Assembly (NCBI RefSeq): GCF_009834535.1
Contig: NC_045697.1
Span: 10,232,001 to 10,296,000, forward strand
Source of the DNA: Camelus ferus
Lineage: Eukaryota
Reading direction: 5' to 3'
DNA: 64,000 nucleotides
Numbering within the stretch: the first letter of the stretch is position 1; each line of letters starts with the position of its first letter. The notes under the pieces are model-generated. The model saw only the letters and a program-made list of their open reading frames with translations, was not told where the DNA came from and did not search any database. Position numbers and translations under genes: made by a program. Below are positions 1 to 13,825 of the stretch, one piece after another.

Positions 1-7
1 CTACAGA

Positions 8-187
8 GATGGCTCTCAAAGTGTAACCCCAGAAGCAGCAGCGTTAGCAGCGCTGGAGAACGTGTTAGGAATGCAGATCCCCAGGTTCCGCTGAGACCTG
101 CTGGATCAGAAGTCCTAGCGCAGGGGCCAGAAAGCTGTGTTTTCATAAGGTTGCCAGTTGATTCTGACGCATGTGAAAGCGTACTGA
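8..187 (+). mobile_element. MER5A-like hAT/Charlie MITE
   Basis: ctctcaaagtgt...gcagcagc...gttaggaatgcagat...tgtgttttcataag...tgattctgacgca pattern. Confidence 0.7.
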
Positions 188-1004
188 TATCTATTAATGG
201 AAATCCACTGAAATAATCGATACCACCAGAGCCCAGGCTCAGTGCTCCAGTAACAGAGGCCCTGTCCTGGACACAGGGAACACCTCAGACTGGAATCGTC
301 AGTATTCCACCGTAGAAAGTGAGCCTTCAGCTGAGTCAGCGAGCCTCAGCGATAACTAGGATTCAGGGATTAACTAGGATGTCATTTTAAGGCTCCCATA
401 ACCTTCTTGGTTTCAAACTTCTGTTAGCATGCTAGTAACTTACTATTAAAGTGTGGCTTCTTGTGCATTTTCATCTGTCCCCTCAACTTCATAGCATTCA
501 GATGCTATATATCAACTATTCCCTAGCACTCAATTAGCTACTTTTAAGCCACAAATACTATACCATCTAACTAGACTATGTGATTACACGCATGCTTTTT
601 AAAGGGAAAACTTAGGTTTGGCTTGACAGTCTTTTGTGGTGAGTCACATTTTGACCGAGAAGATGTACCTCAGTCTGAAGTTCCTGAGTTTTCACTGGGT
701 TTGGGGACTATAAACCAGGTTACCCCAAGCCAATGATTATAATCCACCCTCTTCATCAGACCGTCAGGTAAGGGGGCCACGCAGCAAAAGGGGGTGTTTT
801 AGGTTTGATTGTAGCATGAAGTTACTGGGAATAAGGCTTAAAACAACTCTGAGTAGAGTGTGTGGGTGTCTTGGAAACTTGTTGAGATTGACGTTAAATG
901 TCTTTCATAGAAAAAAAAAATACTCAAATCATTTGAGCAATGTCATGTCTAGCATGGGTCTAAATTGCAGAGATGTAAACAGTTACAAGAACCACCCAAT
1001 TTAA

Positions 1005-1172
1005 GGAGTACAGAATTTCTATTTGGAATGATGAAAATATTCTAGAGAAAGGTAGTGGTGATGGTTGCACAACGCTGTGAATGTGCTTCATCCCACTGGA
1101 TGGGATGTTTAAAAAAGCTAAAACGATAAACGTTATGTTGTGTATATGTCATCATAATATAAAAAAAAAAAA
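1005..1172 (+). mobile_element. L1MB-type LINE-1 3' end fragment
   Basis: gatgaaaatattctagag...gtggtgatggttgcacaacgctgtgaatgtgctt, followed by an A tail. Confidence 0.75.
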
Positions 1173-1436
1173 GCTACCACCCCCAAAAGCCTGAGTGTGT
1201 TTTGGATTTTTATGCTCTAACTTTTTCATTTCCTTAACAAGCTTGAGTTGCTGTTGATTTAAGCAGTAACTGGTGTTTTGGGTGGGCATCTCTGCAAATA
1301 TCTACGATGAAATTAAAGACCGCTCTGGAAGGTTTTGATTTTTTTTTAACTTCCTGGCTATAAGAATGATATGCTTGCCAGGATACCTTCTAACTTCTAT
1401 TGGGGCTCAAATGACTTTTAAAAATAAGGAAAATCT

Positions 1437-1568
1437 GGGAGGAGGGTATAGCTCAGTGGTAGAGCACATGCTTAGTATGCATGAGGTTGTGGGTTCAATT
1501 CCCACTACCTCCATCAAAAATAACTAAACAAATAATTATCTCCCCCCAAATTAAAAACAAATGGAATC
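1437..1568 (+). mobile_element. tRNA-derived SINE (Vic-1-like, camelid)
   Basis: ggagggtatagctcagtggtagagc (A box) ... gggttcaattccc (B box), A-rich tail; TSD aaaataaggaa(a/g)at at ~1421 and ~1570. Confidence 0.9.
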
Positions 1569-1920
1569 AAAAATAAGGAAGATTTCTTTCTCTCTCACAG
1601 CCAGTGAGCAGTGACTCACCATCGGAAAGTGTTCAGAAAAAGCTTAAGTCTTGGGAAAGGAGCCTTGACCCAACTGCTGCAACGTGCTGTTATATTTTTA
1701 GGATAAAGTACCCTACACAAATGTAAATCACTGCTAGCCCTTGGAGTCTGGATTCACTCCATTTAACAAATAATGTAATTCTGTTTACGTAAAACATTGG
1801 GAAGCAAACGTAAGGCTTGTTGGAACAAAACTAAGGAGGCTGTAGCACAGTGATGCTCGAGCCACAGTTCTAAATCCCTGTGGCCCTGTCAGTGCCTCTT
1901 TTCTCATATCACGGTGTACT

Positions 1921-2070
1921 ATCCTCTCTCCCCACCTCCCCTTTTTTTGGTGGCGGGGGAGGTAGTTAGGTTTACTTATTTATTTACTTTCAGAGGAGGG
2001 ACTGGGGATTGAACCTGGGACCTTGGGTATGCAAAGCATGTGCTTTACCACTTGAGCTATGACCTCCCCC
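1921..2070 (-). mobile_element. tRNA-derived SINE (Vic-1-like)
   Basis: Reverse complement of the same A/B-box head; degenerate TSD atcacggtgtact (1908-1920) / atcacaatgtact (2075-2087). Confidence 0.88.
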
Positions 2071-2257
2071 TTGGATCACAATGTACTGTTGTATTAAGTT
2101 CTGCAAGACCCGTGACTGTCTTGGTTCAATGAAAGCTAAAGTGACTGGCAGGGTCTCCGCCTGTGTTCCTTATTCTGTTCGGTGCCTATTTGTCAAATGC
2201 TCACTTAGCCTTGGTGCATGAATACTCACCCCACCCGTGGACCGTCTCACTTTGCAG

Positions 2258-2435
2258 GGGGGAGGTCTTGCGAAGGGAAGACGTCAAGAGGCGCTCGTTG
2301 TATTTGAAGGTGATCTTCAACGACAAGGAAGTGTCCAGGACCGACAGTCGGCCGCTCGGGGCAGACTTCCGTGTTCACTTTGGACAGATTTTCAATTTGC
2401 AAATAGTCAACTGGCCCGAGAGTTTAACACTGCAG
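2258..2435 (+). CDS. CC2D2A: CC2D2A coding exon ~18 (178 nt)
   Basis: tttgcag|G GGG GAG ... CTG CAG|gtacgt; [59 protein letters not shown]. Confidence 0.96.
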
Positions 2436-2885
2436 GTACGTATTTTAATTATAGTCATTGTCCTAAGAAGTTTTGGTCATCACAGATGTGAGATGGTTTT
2501 AAATCATTCATTGGCTCTGCTGGTGTCCTGATAGGCTCTCAAGGGACACCGGAGGTCAGTTTCCTCCTGGGCGTATCTTAAGGCCTTGGCAGGAGAGATC
2601 TGTTACCCACTCACGTACCGAAAGTGCTGGCAGAGTAGCTGCCTCGGTGCGCAAGCATATGTCTGTTTGGAGATGAGGTGGGGGCTGGGGGAGGACCGGC
2701 GTAGAGGGGTCTCTGATTCATTCATGGGGGAGTTTCAACATTACGCTGTACCAAGACCCTAGCATAATATTCCAGAGAAATCAGTTTCCATAATCACAGC
2801 TGGGTATGATGGGGTTGGGAGGTACAGGTGCCAGGATCCCCCCAAATAAATAAAACTCCCTACTAGCCTAAATCCCACTTATTTG

Positions 2886-3310
2886 TGTCTGTTTTAGTTT
2901 CCTAAGGCTGCCATAACCAAGCACCACCAACTTGGTGCCTTAAACAGCAGGCATTTATCTTCTCACGGTTCTGGAGGCCCTGAAGTCTGAAATCAAGGTA
3001 TCACTGGGCCATGCTCCCTCCAAAACCTGCAGAGAAGCACCCTTCCTGCCTCTTCAGCTCCTGGTGGCCCTAGGCGTTCCTTGGCTTGTGGTAGCATCAC
3101 TGCCATCTCTGCCCCATCTCCATCTGGCCTTCCTGTGTCTCTGTGTGTCCTTTTTTGTCTCTTACAAGGACATTCTCAGTGAACTTAGGGACCCCCCCTC
3201 ACTCATCTCCATTTTTATACCTGGGAAGCCCCGATCTCCAAGTGAGGTCACGTTTTCTAGTTCCCGGTGCACGTGAATTTTTAGAGGACACTCTTCAAAT
3301 CAACAGTGTC
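2886..3310 (-). mobile_element. MaLR solo LTR (MLT1B/C-like)
   Basis: ttagtttcctaaggctgccataac...ttctcacggttctggaggc...aagtctgaaatcaaggt matches the reverse end of MLT1. Confidence 0.8.
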
Positions 3311-6300
3311 TTAGACCTGCTGATCTTATGGTGAAAACTCTCTTAAGATGCTGACAGATTCTCTTCCATGACACTAATAGGCATGCTAATTAGACTTGCA
3401 AATACGTGGCGCACGTGCCTCTGTTTGCTGCCCACCACCCACGCAGAAATCACTAATCCTCATCCACCGCTTGTGCAGAAACTTCTCATTCTCATCCACC
3501 ACCCTTGCTGGAAATGACAACTGATCATGCCTCTTGTCCCCCACTGAGCCTAGATGTAGGTAACTTCAGAGCCCTTCTCACACTGTCGTCCAGGCTGCCA
3601 CTACCTCGTGATTGTAACTGACATTGTCTGCAGATACAATTACAGCTGTATAATTATTAAAATATTTACACACTTCTCTACTGAATGGCAAATGGTTGCC
3701 ATCCTGGAGCCCCAAATTGCCACCCTGGCCACATAGACCCCACTTCCAAGACCCTCTGGACCTTCCCACAATGGACCAGTTAAAGGGAGTGTCTGAACAA
3801 GGTTAACGCCTCCAGGACCCCGTTCCCTGTATGATTGACAGCTCTTCTGACTGGTTAGCACTGGGCTGTGAGCACTGCTCAACATTTTGAATCTCAACTC
3901 CTGTGTAGACCTAGGTAGCTGACCTTCTAAAACTGGTAGAGGAAGTTTGAGACAGGCTAAGATACGGGGCTCCTTTGACAGTAGAAATGCTCAGAACCAA
4001 GTTGGGACGCCAGGAAATGGGATGGGGACCGGAAAGGGTCAGCCCTGAGCACCCAAAGTCAGCCCCCTGGCATTGGGACTTTCCAGGGACTGAGGCTACT
4101 TTGTCCTACCCCTGTCATCCCTGATCTGGAGGTGGTGAGGGCAGAGGGCAACCCTCATAGCAAAGCGCCAGGCATCATGACTCAAGCCAAAGTCCTTTGC
4201 GTGCTGGTGACAGCTCTGATATCCACAAAAAGGGAAAATGTTTTCCTTGAAAAACAGAGCTAGGCTTAGTCCAGCTGCTCATATAATTCTTTAAAACCTC
4301 ATCGAATTTTTAAGAAACATCTGTGTATGCTAGAACTTGAGAAAAACAGAACTTATTTTGCTGCTCAACTTAATATGGGTGAGAGGAGAAAGCAAGGGCA
4401 GTTTGTTAAGGTAAAGAATGGTATGAGAAAAGGGATTGAAGTTCTGCTGAAAAGCCTGAAAATTCCCTCTGAATATCACCCATGAGAAAACAATCTCTAT
4501 ACATTCTTGCATGTTCCCCCCTTGATTTATAACCCTGTGTGGATACAGAGAGTGAAGTGGGGTGACTGTGGCTAAAGCTGAGAGCGGGAGCCGCCTAGCT
4601 CTGCACCGGGAAGGGGAGGTGGGACCACCCCCAGGTGGGCAGCGGTGGGCTTACCCGGTACCTGCTCTAGGTGCCAGGTCCACACCGACTGTCCATCCTG
4701 TCTCCTCCAGAGGCCCTGCGGTGCCTGACTGCCCGGAGCACGTGGAGGATTCCTCTCCCACTGTCCTTTCAGCCAGGCTGTGTCTGAGGGGCTCTGGGAT
4801 CCAGCTGACTGCGTTTCATCCCCTCACCTCTCCCTGTGACATGCACCATTATTTGTGTCACTTAACCACCACGCATCATGGACCAAAAGACACAATCCCA
4901 TTTCAGATATGTTCAAATTAGAAAATCTAGTATTCTCCGTACCACGAACACCTGGCCTTTCTTAGCCAGAGATTCCAACAGTGAGGAGCCGGAGGGTAGG
5001 TCTTTCTGTTTGGATGATGAGGGGCTATGGAACATTTAAAATCTGAACACCTTTGGGAGAAAGGTCGCACTCTGCTGGTCCCAAAGCACCCCACTCCCCT
5101 CCCCATCACAAACCCTCCTGCCCTGGCCCCGGACACATGCACTTAATCTACAGTTTAAAGTAAGACTTGCTGCACATGGAAAACTGTCCAAATTAAGAAT
5201 AAAACTTGATGGAGAAAGTAAATGAACACAAACTCCAGAAGCCAGCGCAGGGCGTTCCTGTCGTCTGCTCTTAACAGGGAGGGATTGCGGGGGCCCAGGG
5301 TGAGTCTCACCCATTGCGCACCACAGAAATGCAATGATTTCAGCTACTCAGAGTTTGCCCCCTCCTTTGAGGTTCATCCTTAACTCCTCCTCCCCTCCTC
5401 CCCTGCAGAGGAAGAGCTGACTGAGGAAGACCGAGAGTAACATGAGAAGATAAGACAGGGGTAGAGTGAGGCCAGGGAGCGGCAGCCCAGCACGCAGCAG
5501 GTAGGAAGGAGAGGGCGCCCTGGAAGGAGGACCACCCCCTCAGGCCCCTCGCCCACTGGAAAGAGTGCAAAGGATGCGAGAGAGGGCCCTGCCCTCCCAG
5601 CACGTGCCCAGCCACGCCCCTGTTGCTTGCTGAGAGCTCAGACCTCCCGGCTGGTCTGCGACACCCTCTCCCGCTCTGGGCAGTTCTCAGTGTCCTGAAT
5701 TACTATGTAAGGAAAAACATCTTCACGTTGCACTAGTGTGCCAATATTTTATTTCATATATTTTCTAAAATATAAGATAATCCTCCTAGACTATCTCCTG
5801 CTGACTGCCTTGAATATTAGCTTGCTGGGAATGTTACCATCAGAACAGTTTTTTTTTTAAGTAATGTGAAGAGTATTCTCTAAAATATTATGAAATGACT
5901 TTTTTAAATCAAAGAGCAAAACTTTATCCTATAATATTAAGAATATACTCGTAGGCATTTACCTTCGCCTTAAGAGCTGAATCATGCCATCTTTTAAAAA
6001 TTGCAAACTAAGGGAGTCTTGGCTAAGTTCTTATTAAGCTCTCTATAAAGATTTGACAACTGATCAAATCAATGTTATAGCGGTTTAGAGGCATAATTTT
6101 TTATGATTGGGTAACAGTCACAGATGAAATTAATTTAGAGGACATTGTTGACTCTCTAGGAATAATACTGTGCCATTTGGAAATTTTCCATATAATTGTA
6201 AGTTCTGAGTTAGAGAAGGTTCAAGAATTATTGGCAACCTTAGGAGGGTAAGAAAAATCACCTTAAATGTATTTCTTTATGCCGCTGCTATCGCACTCTT

Positions 6301-6339
6301 AACTTAAGGATCTAACGTGTTTCAGAAGATGTTCTGAGA

Positions 6340-6900
6340 TTCTCAGAACTGCAATGCATCAGTTGGTTCAACAACCAAGCCCTGAATGTTTGTTGCCTGA
6401 TTGTGCAGAGCCAGCAGACTGTCTGATGCTGAGCCAGGAGTCTAGTGGAGAATTGGAAGCCACATAAAAAGTAGGGTGTAAACAGCCCTGCCTCAGGGAG
6501 CTTTAAATCCAGCTAGAGATGCGAGGGAAGCGAATGCAAAGAAACAGCACTCAGCGGAGTACAGATACACAGGACCACTGCAGGGAACAGGGCTGACGGA
6601 GGTGTTTGACTTCCTGCGTGTTTTGAACCACAAGCCTCAGTGTTTCCTAGCCAGGCCTGAGATGGGAATGCCAGGGCAGCCCTACAAAGCAGAAGAAAAG
6701 TCCACAGGCTGGCATAGAAAGCTAGGAGTGGGGGATGGATCGGGGCCTGGCAGCAGACGGGGGAGGAAGGAGTGAATTAGGGCAACATGGCAGCCTTGAA
6801 AGAAGAGATTGACAGGACTTGGTGATGCTTTAACTAGCGGGAGTGAAAAGGAAGGGAATCAAAGTTGGTCCCAAGGAAAAGTGAGATGGGACTTCACAGG
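6340..6900 (-). mobile_element. Degraded L2 LINE fragment
   Basis: ttcaacaac...ccctgcctcagggagcttta...agattgacaggacttggtga..., typical of reverse L2. Confidence 0.55.
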
Positions 6901-8309
6901 ATGGGAGCCGGAGCGGGGCCAGAGTCCTTCCAGAAAGGTCTTGAAAAACATGGTTTCTGAGGTCTCTCCAAAATAAAAATGCTTGGCCTTTCACAAAGAT
7001 GAAATTTGATTTGGAAACAAAAAAGCTTTGTGATGATTACCTTGACCCCTTTATCATTCACATCTATAATATCACCCCATAGTCATCTTCTTGACTCCCC
7101 AAAACTAGCCACAGTGTGTAAGATCGCTGGGCGGCTTTTAAATGTGCTAGCATTATTGGTTTTTCCTTATGAATCAATGCAGTTGAGCTTTCATATTCCT
7201 AGCATGTGGACTGAGATAGGGAAATTTTCCCTTTAACTGAGCTGGCAGGAACATGAGTTTCCCTTCCTGGAGCCTCTCCCAATTTCTCTGGCTCGTCTGC
7301 AGAATTGGACCATCACAGTGGGAAAAAGTCCTACTTGGAGAAGTGTCCTTGATAACCCTCATCTAGCTCACTGGGGTCGGGGACCTAAAATGAAGATACC
7401 AAGAGGAGGCTCCCCTCCCAGAAGCTCAGCAGGGAGGAGAGGGAGGGAAATGAATCAGGGGTTTGAAAGGAGACCGCGGTTTACTTTAGGGTGTGGTTAA
7501 TTGGAGCACATCTGCCAGCCTGAGAAAAGCAGCCAGTCCAGAAAAGACTGATGACTGTGAAAATGAAAAGGAAAGTTGCTGGGGAGGGTGGGAGAGAGGA
7601 AGGAGAGAGGGTGGGATCAAGCTGTGTTGAGAATGCCCTCCAAGTTGGGAGTGATAACACAGGGGAGGGGTGGAAGGCAGCTGGGAGGGGGTTCACCTCA
7701 GATGCGATGCCCACGGTCTTTCCAGTGAAAGAAGGGAGTCTGTGGACCCGAGAGGAAAAAAGGTTTGATTCCACACTGAGGGGAAGCGGGGAGGGACCTC
7801 TACCAAGAGATGACTAACAGACTGGTGAACAACATCACTGGCGGCCGAGATTAAACCGCAGCCACTTGTACCAAATCCAACACCACCAAGTGGAAGAGAT
7901 GAAACTGCTGTGTCTTGTTTTACTTTTTTTGTTTAGGTTTTAAAATCAGAGAAATATGACTTTTAAATCATGCAATATAAACTACTTCATGATGGATTAT
8001 TGTCTGTCTTAACTTAATGCCCCTACATGTTTAAGATTTGTCTTACCTATGCAATTCTAAATACTGTTAGTGTAAATTTGCACCAGATTGCTGAGTTAAA
8101 GCAAACACTCTTTCAAATGCAGGGGAAGTAACAGTAATTTCATAAATGGTCCCAATTTGGTAGCAGTTGATATAATTGCTATTCTGAATTCACTGCTGCC
8201 TTGCTTTACAAAACAGGAATTTTTGAACAGTTGTACATAAATCAAACCATATTTCCTGTCTTGTTTCTTCATTAACATTACACTTACAAACACACTCATT
8301 TTGCTTCAA

Positions 8310-8512
8310 GCAGTGCTTTTCAATGGAGATAATGTTGCCCCCAGGGGACATCTGGCAATGTCTAAAGACATTTTAATTATCACACGTGGTGAGTTGCTGC
8401 TGGCACCACTAATGCAACTGAGGCCAGGAATGCTGCTAAACATCCTACGATGTGCAGGACAGCTGACCACAATGAAGAACTGTTCAGCCCAAAATGTCTG
8501 AGAACGGCTGAC
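8310..8512 (+). mobile_element. MER20 (hAT-Charlie)
   Basis: ccccaggggacatctggcaatgtct...gaggccaggaatgctgctaaacatcctac. Confidence 0.85.
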
Positions 8513-9644
8513 TTAGAAAGAAACCAAAAATTAAACTGAATTGTACAGAAAGTCATTTACAGATACCTATTTAAAGCCCAGAATGCCCATTTTCTGATTT
8601 TTAAAACTAGCATTTCACCCTAGCATTAATTAAATTGAGCTGCTATTTTAAAAAATGAGGGTGTCTCAGAAAGACAGATCTTACCAGTCAAAGTTTAATT
8701 TAAATAAAAGAAATTCTTATTTCACGAAGCTTACGAAAATCAATTGGCTGCCTTAAAAGAGTAGGGTGAAAAGTTAGGGAAATCTTTGGATTTTTTGGCT
8801 TTCTGGGATGGAATCTATTTTTATTTATTAGAAAAACTTTGATAATTATCTGCTGAGACAGTAGCCCCAATTGGCAAACTCTCCATTCCCCCAGAGTTTA
8901 TCGTTGCCTCTGTCCTACCGACTCAGCACCGAGAATCTCCATTCAGTACCTCTTCTGACTCTAGGTATGAGTGTGATTGCAGAGACTAGGAACACAGCCC
9001 CCTCCACTGACATCTACCAGAAATGCCCCTTATGTAATAACTGCATGTTCTCTTGGCCACTTTTAACCATGGTGACCAGCACAGAGCACATCCACAGGAA
9101 TTAAAAACCAAACAGAAGCTCAGAAGCACCTCTTAAGGTCCTTCCACAATAAAGTAGTTGATAAATGACTAACGTCTAGGAGGGATGTCTTTGCAAAGCA
9201 ATTGGAATCATATAATATAGAAACTTTGTCTTGTGCAGCTCAGCAAACACTTGATTCTTCTATTATGGAAAGGGATGTAGGTATCTGAAAAATACTTGGA
9301 TTTGTTCCTATTTTCAGATATGTTTTACACCCTGATTTAGCTGCCCTGGCTGTTGGGCTGCTTTGGAATTCTATAGTCATCAGAGTAGTTAAGAGAGACA
9401 CAAAGTCAGGAAAGATTTAACAAAATACTAAATACTGTATTATGTCACCTTCTGAAGCATTTTACCAGCCTTAAACAGTATTTTCTGACTGGTGATTCCC
9501 TTAACTTGAAGTTATATCAGGATTTTATTAGCTCCTGATGTTTTTAAAGCATTTAAGCCTTACTATAGTTCATTTTTCACCTCCCTACCTTTGCGTGCCC
9601 AGAAACATACATGATGTAATTACAAGTATGGAATATGCCATAGA

Positions 9645-10030
9645 ATTCTGGGCTCACTATTCTGTTCCATTGATATCTGTGTCTATTTTGGTGCCAGCAC
9701 CATACTGTTCTGGTTATTGTAGCTTTGCAGTACAGTCTGTAGTCAAGGAGATTGATTCTTCCTTGTCTGTTCTTTCTCAGGATTGTTTTGGCTTTTCAGG
9801 GTTTTTTTGTGTTTCCATACAAATTTTTAATTCTTTGTTCTAGTTCTGTGAAAAAAATGTCATTGGTATTTTGATGTGGATAGCATCGAATCTGTAGATT
9901 GCTTTGGGCAGTATGGTTATTTTAACAGTATTAATTCTTCCAGTCCAAGAACACAGTTTATCTTCCCATCTGTTTGTGTCTCCATCAGTTTCTTGCATCA
10001 GTGTCTTGGAGTTTTCTGAGCACAGGCATT
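9645..10030 (-). mobile_element. LINE-1 ORF2 fragment
   Basis: Minus-strand ORF 9840..10130 reads CSWTGRINTVKITILPKAIYRFDAIHIKIPMTFF (L1 ORF2). Confidence 0.9.
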
Positions 10031-10519
10031 TTATCTCAAAGTGTATGAGTTTTGAAGGAAACAGTTGTAGATTCAGATCCCAGCTTTGTGACCAGGGAGG
10101 CCTCTCCCCTTCATCGAGCCTCACATCCATCAGCTAGAATTGCTGAGCCTGTTATCTCGCCTAATCTTTACCACAAACCACCAGATTCTGGTTAAGATTA
10201 AACGTGATAACAGACCTAAAGCCTCTCATGGCCTCATACAAAGGAATATCTCAATGAATTAAAACTGGGGAGAAAGTACAAAAATTTCTAAAGGGAAAAA
10301 TGTCAGGATGAAACGTCATGCCAGTGAGTCCCTAATTTAACAGGTCACACCAAGCTCTCCTGTGCAATAAATGACCACCTGGCGCACGTTCTTGAGGCTC
10401 TGTGATATTCTAAAACTGCAGGCTCTTATGAGAGGTTGGGATAAGCAAAAAAAACAAACAAACAAACAAACAAAAACTTCTTTTAGAGTTCTGAACCAAT
10501 AAAAATATGGTGAAAAAGT

Positions 10520-10925
10520 GTTAAAAATACAAAAAAGGGGGTCACTATAAGTTAACAGAAGTTTGAGGGACATTTCGATCATTTGGAATGTATGGAATAC
10601 ATTTTGATCTTGATCAAAGTACCACAATAATTTTTTGAGACTCTGAAGAATATCTGAAACTTACTGATATTTGATGTTATCAAGGAATTGCTGTGAAAAC
10701 AGTATTGGCAATTATTTTTTTTTGTATCATTCTCTTTTAGTGATACATACTGAAATAGTTACAGATGAAATGATGTCTAGGTTCAGAATATTGGTGGAGA
10801 GGCAAGTTGTTGAGACTATAGATAAAACCAGATTGGCTCTAAATTAGTGGTAGTTGAAGCTAGGTGATGGGTTCATGGTATATTATTCTTCCAAAATTAC
10901 ATATATTTGAAATGTTCACTAAATG
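10520..10925 (+). mobile_element. Old L1M (L1MC/MB-type) 3' UTR fragment
   Basis: gatacatactgaaatagttacagatgaaatgatgtc...gttgaagctaggtgatgggttcatgg. Confidence 0.65.
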
Positions 10926-12292
10926 ATCTTTCTACTATAGATTAAAATATTACCTTTTTTACTGGTAAAGGTGAATTTGGAGAGTGTGGCTTAAATGTAC
11001 CACTCCTGGGCTTCTTGCTGAACTTCTAAATTAGGCGGAGGTAAGCCCTGAACAGTCAGAGGTGTCTTGGTGCACTCAGCCTGTGAGAATAGCTCACAGT
11101 GGTACTAAGTCTGGGGTCCTGAGTCCAATTCCTATGCGGTTTCTGCCTTTGTCTTTACTCCAGTAGCATCTCCAAACTCGGTCAGCCATCTTGCAAATGT
11201 GAGCTCGTGGGTACCAGGGAGACGAGGCCAGGATAGCAGCCCAGTACAAATTCACCTTCACCCTCATCCTTGGAAAAGAATTCATATCATGTGCCCTGTG
11301 AGGGAGGAAGGGTGGAGGGGAGCTGTCGTGTCATCTTGGTGCATTCAGGTGGTAAATGGAAAGTATTCATCAGAGGGGAACTCTACTGCTTAAGAAGAAA
11401 AATAGGAAGGTTGAATTCATGGAAATTTTAAAAGTCAAATCAGCATTTTAGAGAAACGTGTGCCAGCCAGAGAGACCTCATGGAGAGAAAGAGTAAAGTA
11501 CAGGAAAAAAGCCAGCAGAGCTGTGGAATGTTTTATCTTCTTACCGCAAAGGTGAAATGAACCACAGATACAAGGGAGACTTGATCGAATGGAGCAGAGG
11601 GTCCTACTGAGGCCGCATCATGTCTTCATAATCTGTGGCTGCCAGGCAACGGGTCCTCCATCTCGCAGTGACGGCATTGTAACGAGACACACCGCAGTAA
11701 TTAGCGTCAGAGCTACAGGTGGACTAGTTGGCTCTGTCGTGGGAGAAGGCCTGAGACGGAGCTGGATAGGGTTGCAGCAACTAACAAATAAAGTGAAATC
11801 TTGCAGGAAAGAGTTTGAGAGATTTACCGAAGAGCAGATTTGAACCTGATACCCTGGAGTACTTCCTACTGCCGTGGAGGCTGGCGCAGGCAGTAGCCCT
11901 TCTCGTGGCATGTCTGTATTGTCTCCCTTTTCTCCCTGATGGCCTTTCTCTCTGAAGTAACTTGAACCAGGAAAAAAAGGAAGCCCATTCTCCAAACTAA
12001 TGTGTATTGGCTTGAAATAAGAATAATTGTACTAACCTGATAATTTGATTAAGCTCTCTACCCCAGGAGATTAAGCCAGGCAAGAGGACAGGATGTCCAA
12101 AACTTGACCATAAGTAGGGTATAATCTGTTCTCTATGGGAACCACAGCAACACAACTCAGCTTTCCACTCTGAGATGGTGCTCTGGACTGGAACAGTGAC
12201 CAGACCAGCACAGCACAAATGGACTGATTATCTAGGACTGATCACCCTTTATTACCGTTTTTTTTTTGGCCGTTTCTCTTCCTCAATCTCAG

Positions 12293-12449
12293 GTATATGA
12301 AACAGTTGGACACAGTGGTGCCACCTTGCTAGCAGAAGTGTTTCTACCCATTCCTGAAACTACTGTTGTCACTGGAAGGGCTCCCATCGAAGAAGTGGAG
12401 TTTAGCAGTAACCAGCACGTGACACTGGACCATGAGGGAGTCGGAAGCG
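12293..12449 (+). CDS. CC2D2A: CC2D2A coding exon ~19 (157 nt)
   Basis: ctcag|GTA TAT GAA ... GGA AGC G|gtaagg; [52 protein letters not shown]. Confidence 0.96.
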
Positions 12450-12839
12450 GTAAGGAAGGCCTCAGTGGCTCACCGTTTCACAGTCACATATGAAGGTTTC
12501 TTTTTTTTTTTTTCCCCACTTCTCAGACAACCAGACAATTATAAGATTTTTATCAGAAATTTAAATTAAAACAATAATCATACATAATTTTTTTGCAAGG
12601 TAATTTGCTATGTACTATGTTTGGCCAGTAAATTCATACAACTACACAAGTGTAAAGTAGTTTGGCCATGTGAATTCAAAGTCTTTAGATTGCCTTTGAC
12701 ACCTTAATTCAACTTCTGGGAAAGTAATTTGAAATGACAAAACCTTGTGCATAAAAATATGTACATCACAGTATTATCTGTAAGGCTTTCAACTTTGAAA
12801 TAACTTACATAATTATAACAGATTATTAAATAATAGTCT

Positions 12840-13320
12840 CTCTTGTCTCCTTCTAGAATTGTGACTGGATATGTGATGGACTGTCTCACTCTGTCCACCA
12901 TGTTTCTTAATCTCTCTTTAATATACTTGACATCTTTTTCTTTCACTGCTACATTCTTTGTAATTTCTTTAAATCTGTCTTCCAAGTCATGGATTCACTC
13001 TTTGACTGTGTCCAGTCATGGAAACTCATCATGGCATTTCTCATTTCCATGATAGTATTTTTCACCTCTAGACATTCTATTTAGTTCTTTTATAATCACC
13101 TGGTCAGTTCTGATAACGTTTTGTCCTTTTCTCACACTCTCAATCATTTCTTTTATTCATTCATTAATTCATTTATTTTTAAACACATAAAAATATTTTT
13201 CAATTTTACAATCTGTACCTGATCATTCCAATACCTATGTGCTTATTGGCCTGATTCTAATTCTGTTTCCTCATGTGACTGGTGATTTTTTTATTGTGAG
13301 TGCACACCTGGAACTTTGCA
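12840..13320 (-). mobile_element. Old L1M ORF1-region fragment
   Basis: Minus-strand translation EDRFKEITKNVAVKEKDVKYIKERLRNMVDRVRQS resembles the L1 ORF1 coiled coil. Confidence 0.75.
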
Positions 13321-13525
13321 AGAATTCAGACTCCCAAATCCAATCACCAATCTAAAAGTCTAAAGACCTAGGCTTTTAGTTCCAGCTCTGGTACTGACAA
13401 ACTGCATGACCCCAGTAATCTTGTAACCTCTTTGAATATCATCTCCCTCATTCATAAAATGGATCTAGTAATACCTCTCTTAGTGTCTTACAGGGTTATT
13501 TTAAGTATCAAGATGGAGTGTTCAG

Positions 13526-13825
13526 CCATCTACAAAACAGAAACAGCCTCACAGACACAGTAAACAATCTTATGGTTACTGGAGTAAAGGGGGTGAAAAG
13601 AGATAAATTTGGGAGTTTGAGATTTGCAAATATTAGCTATATATTTAATAGATAGAAAACAAATTTCTTCTTTGTAGCACAGGGAACTGTATTCAATATC
13701 TTGTAATAACCTTTAACGAAAAAGAATAGGAAAACAAATGTATGTATGTGTATATATGGCTGCGACACTGTGCTGTACACCAGAAACTGACACATTGTAA
13801 CTGACTACACTTCAATTTTTAAAAA
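13526..13825 (+). mobile_element. 5'-truncated younger LINE-1 3' end inserted in a MIR
   Basis: L1 3' UTR (tagcacagggaactgtattcaatatcttgtaataac...ctgactacacttca); TSD atg(g/a)agtgttcag at 13513-13525 and 13826-13838. Confidence 0.85.

Noticed and set aside
1440..1515. tRNA-like sequences with A and B boxes (also ~1995-2070, ~14515-14590, ~42125-42200)
   Set aside because: A-rich tails, TSDs and four diverged copies identify them as SINEs, not tRNA genes
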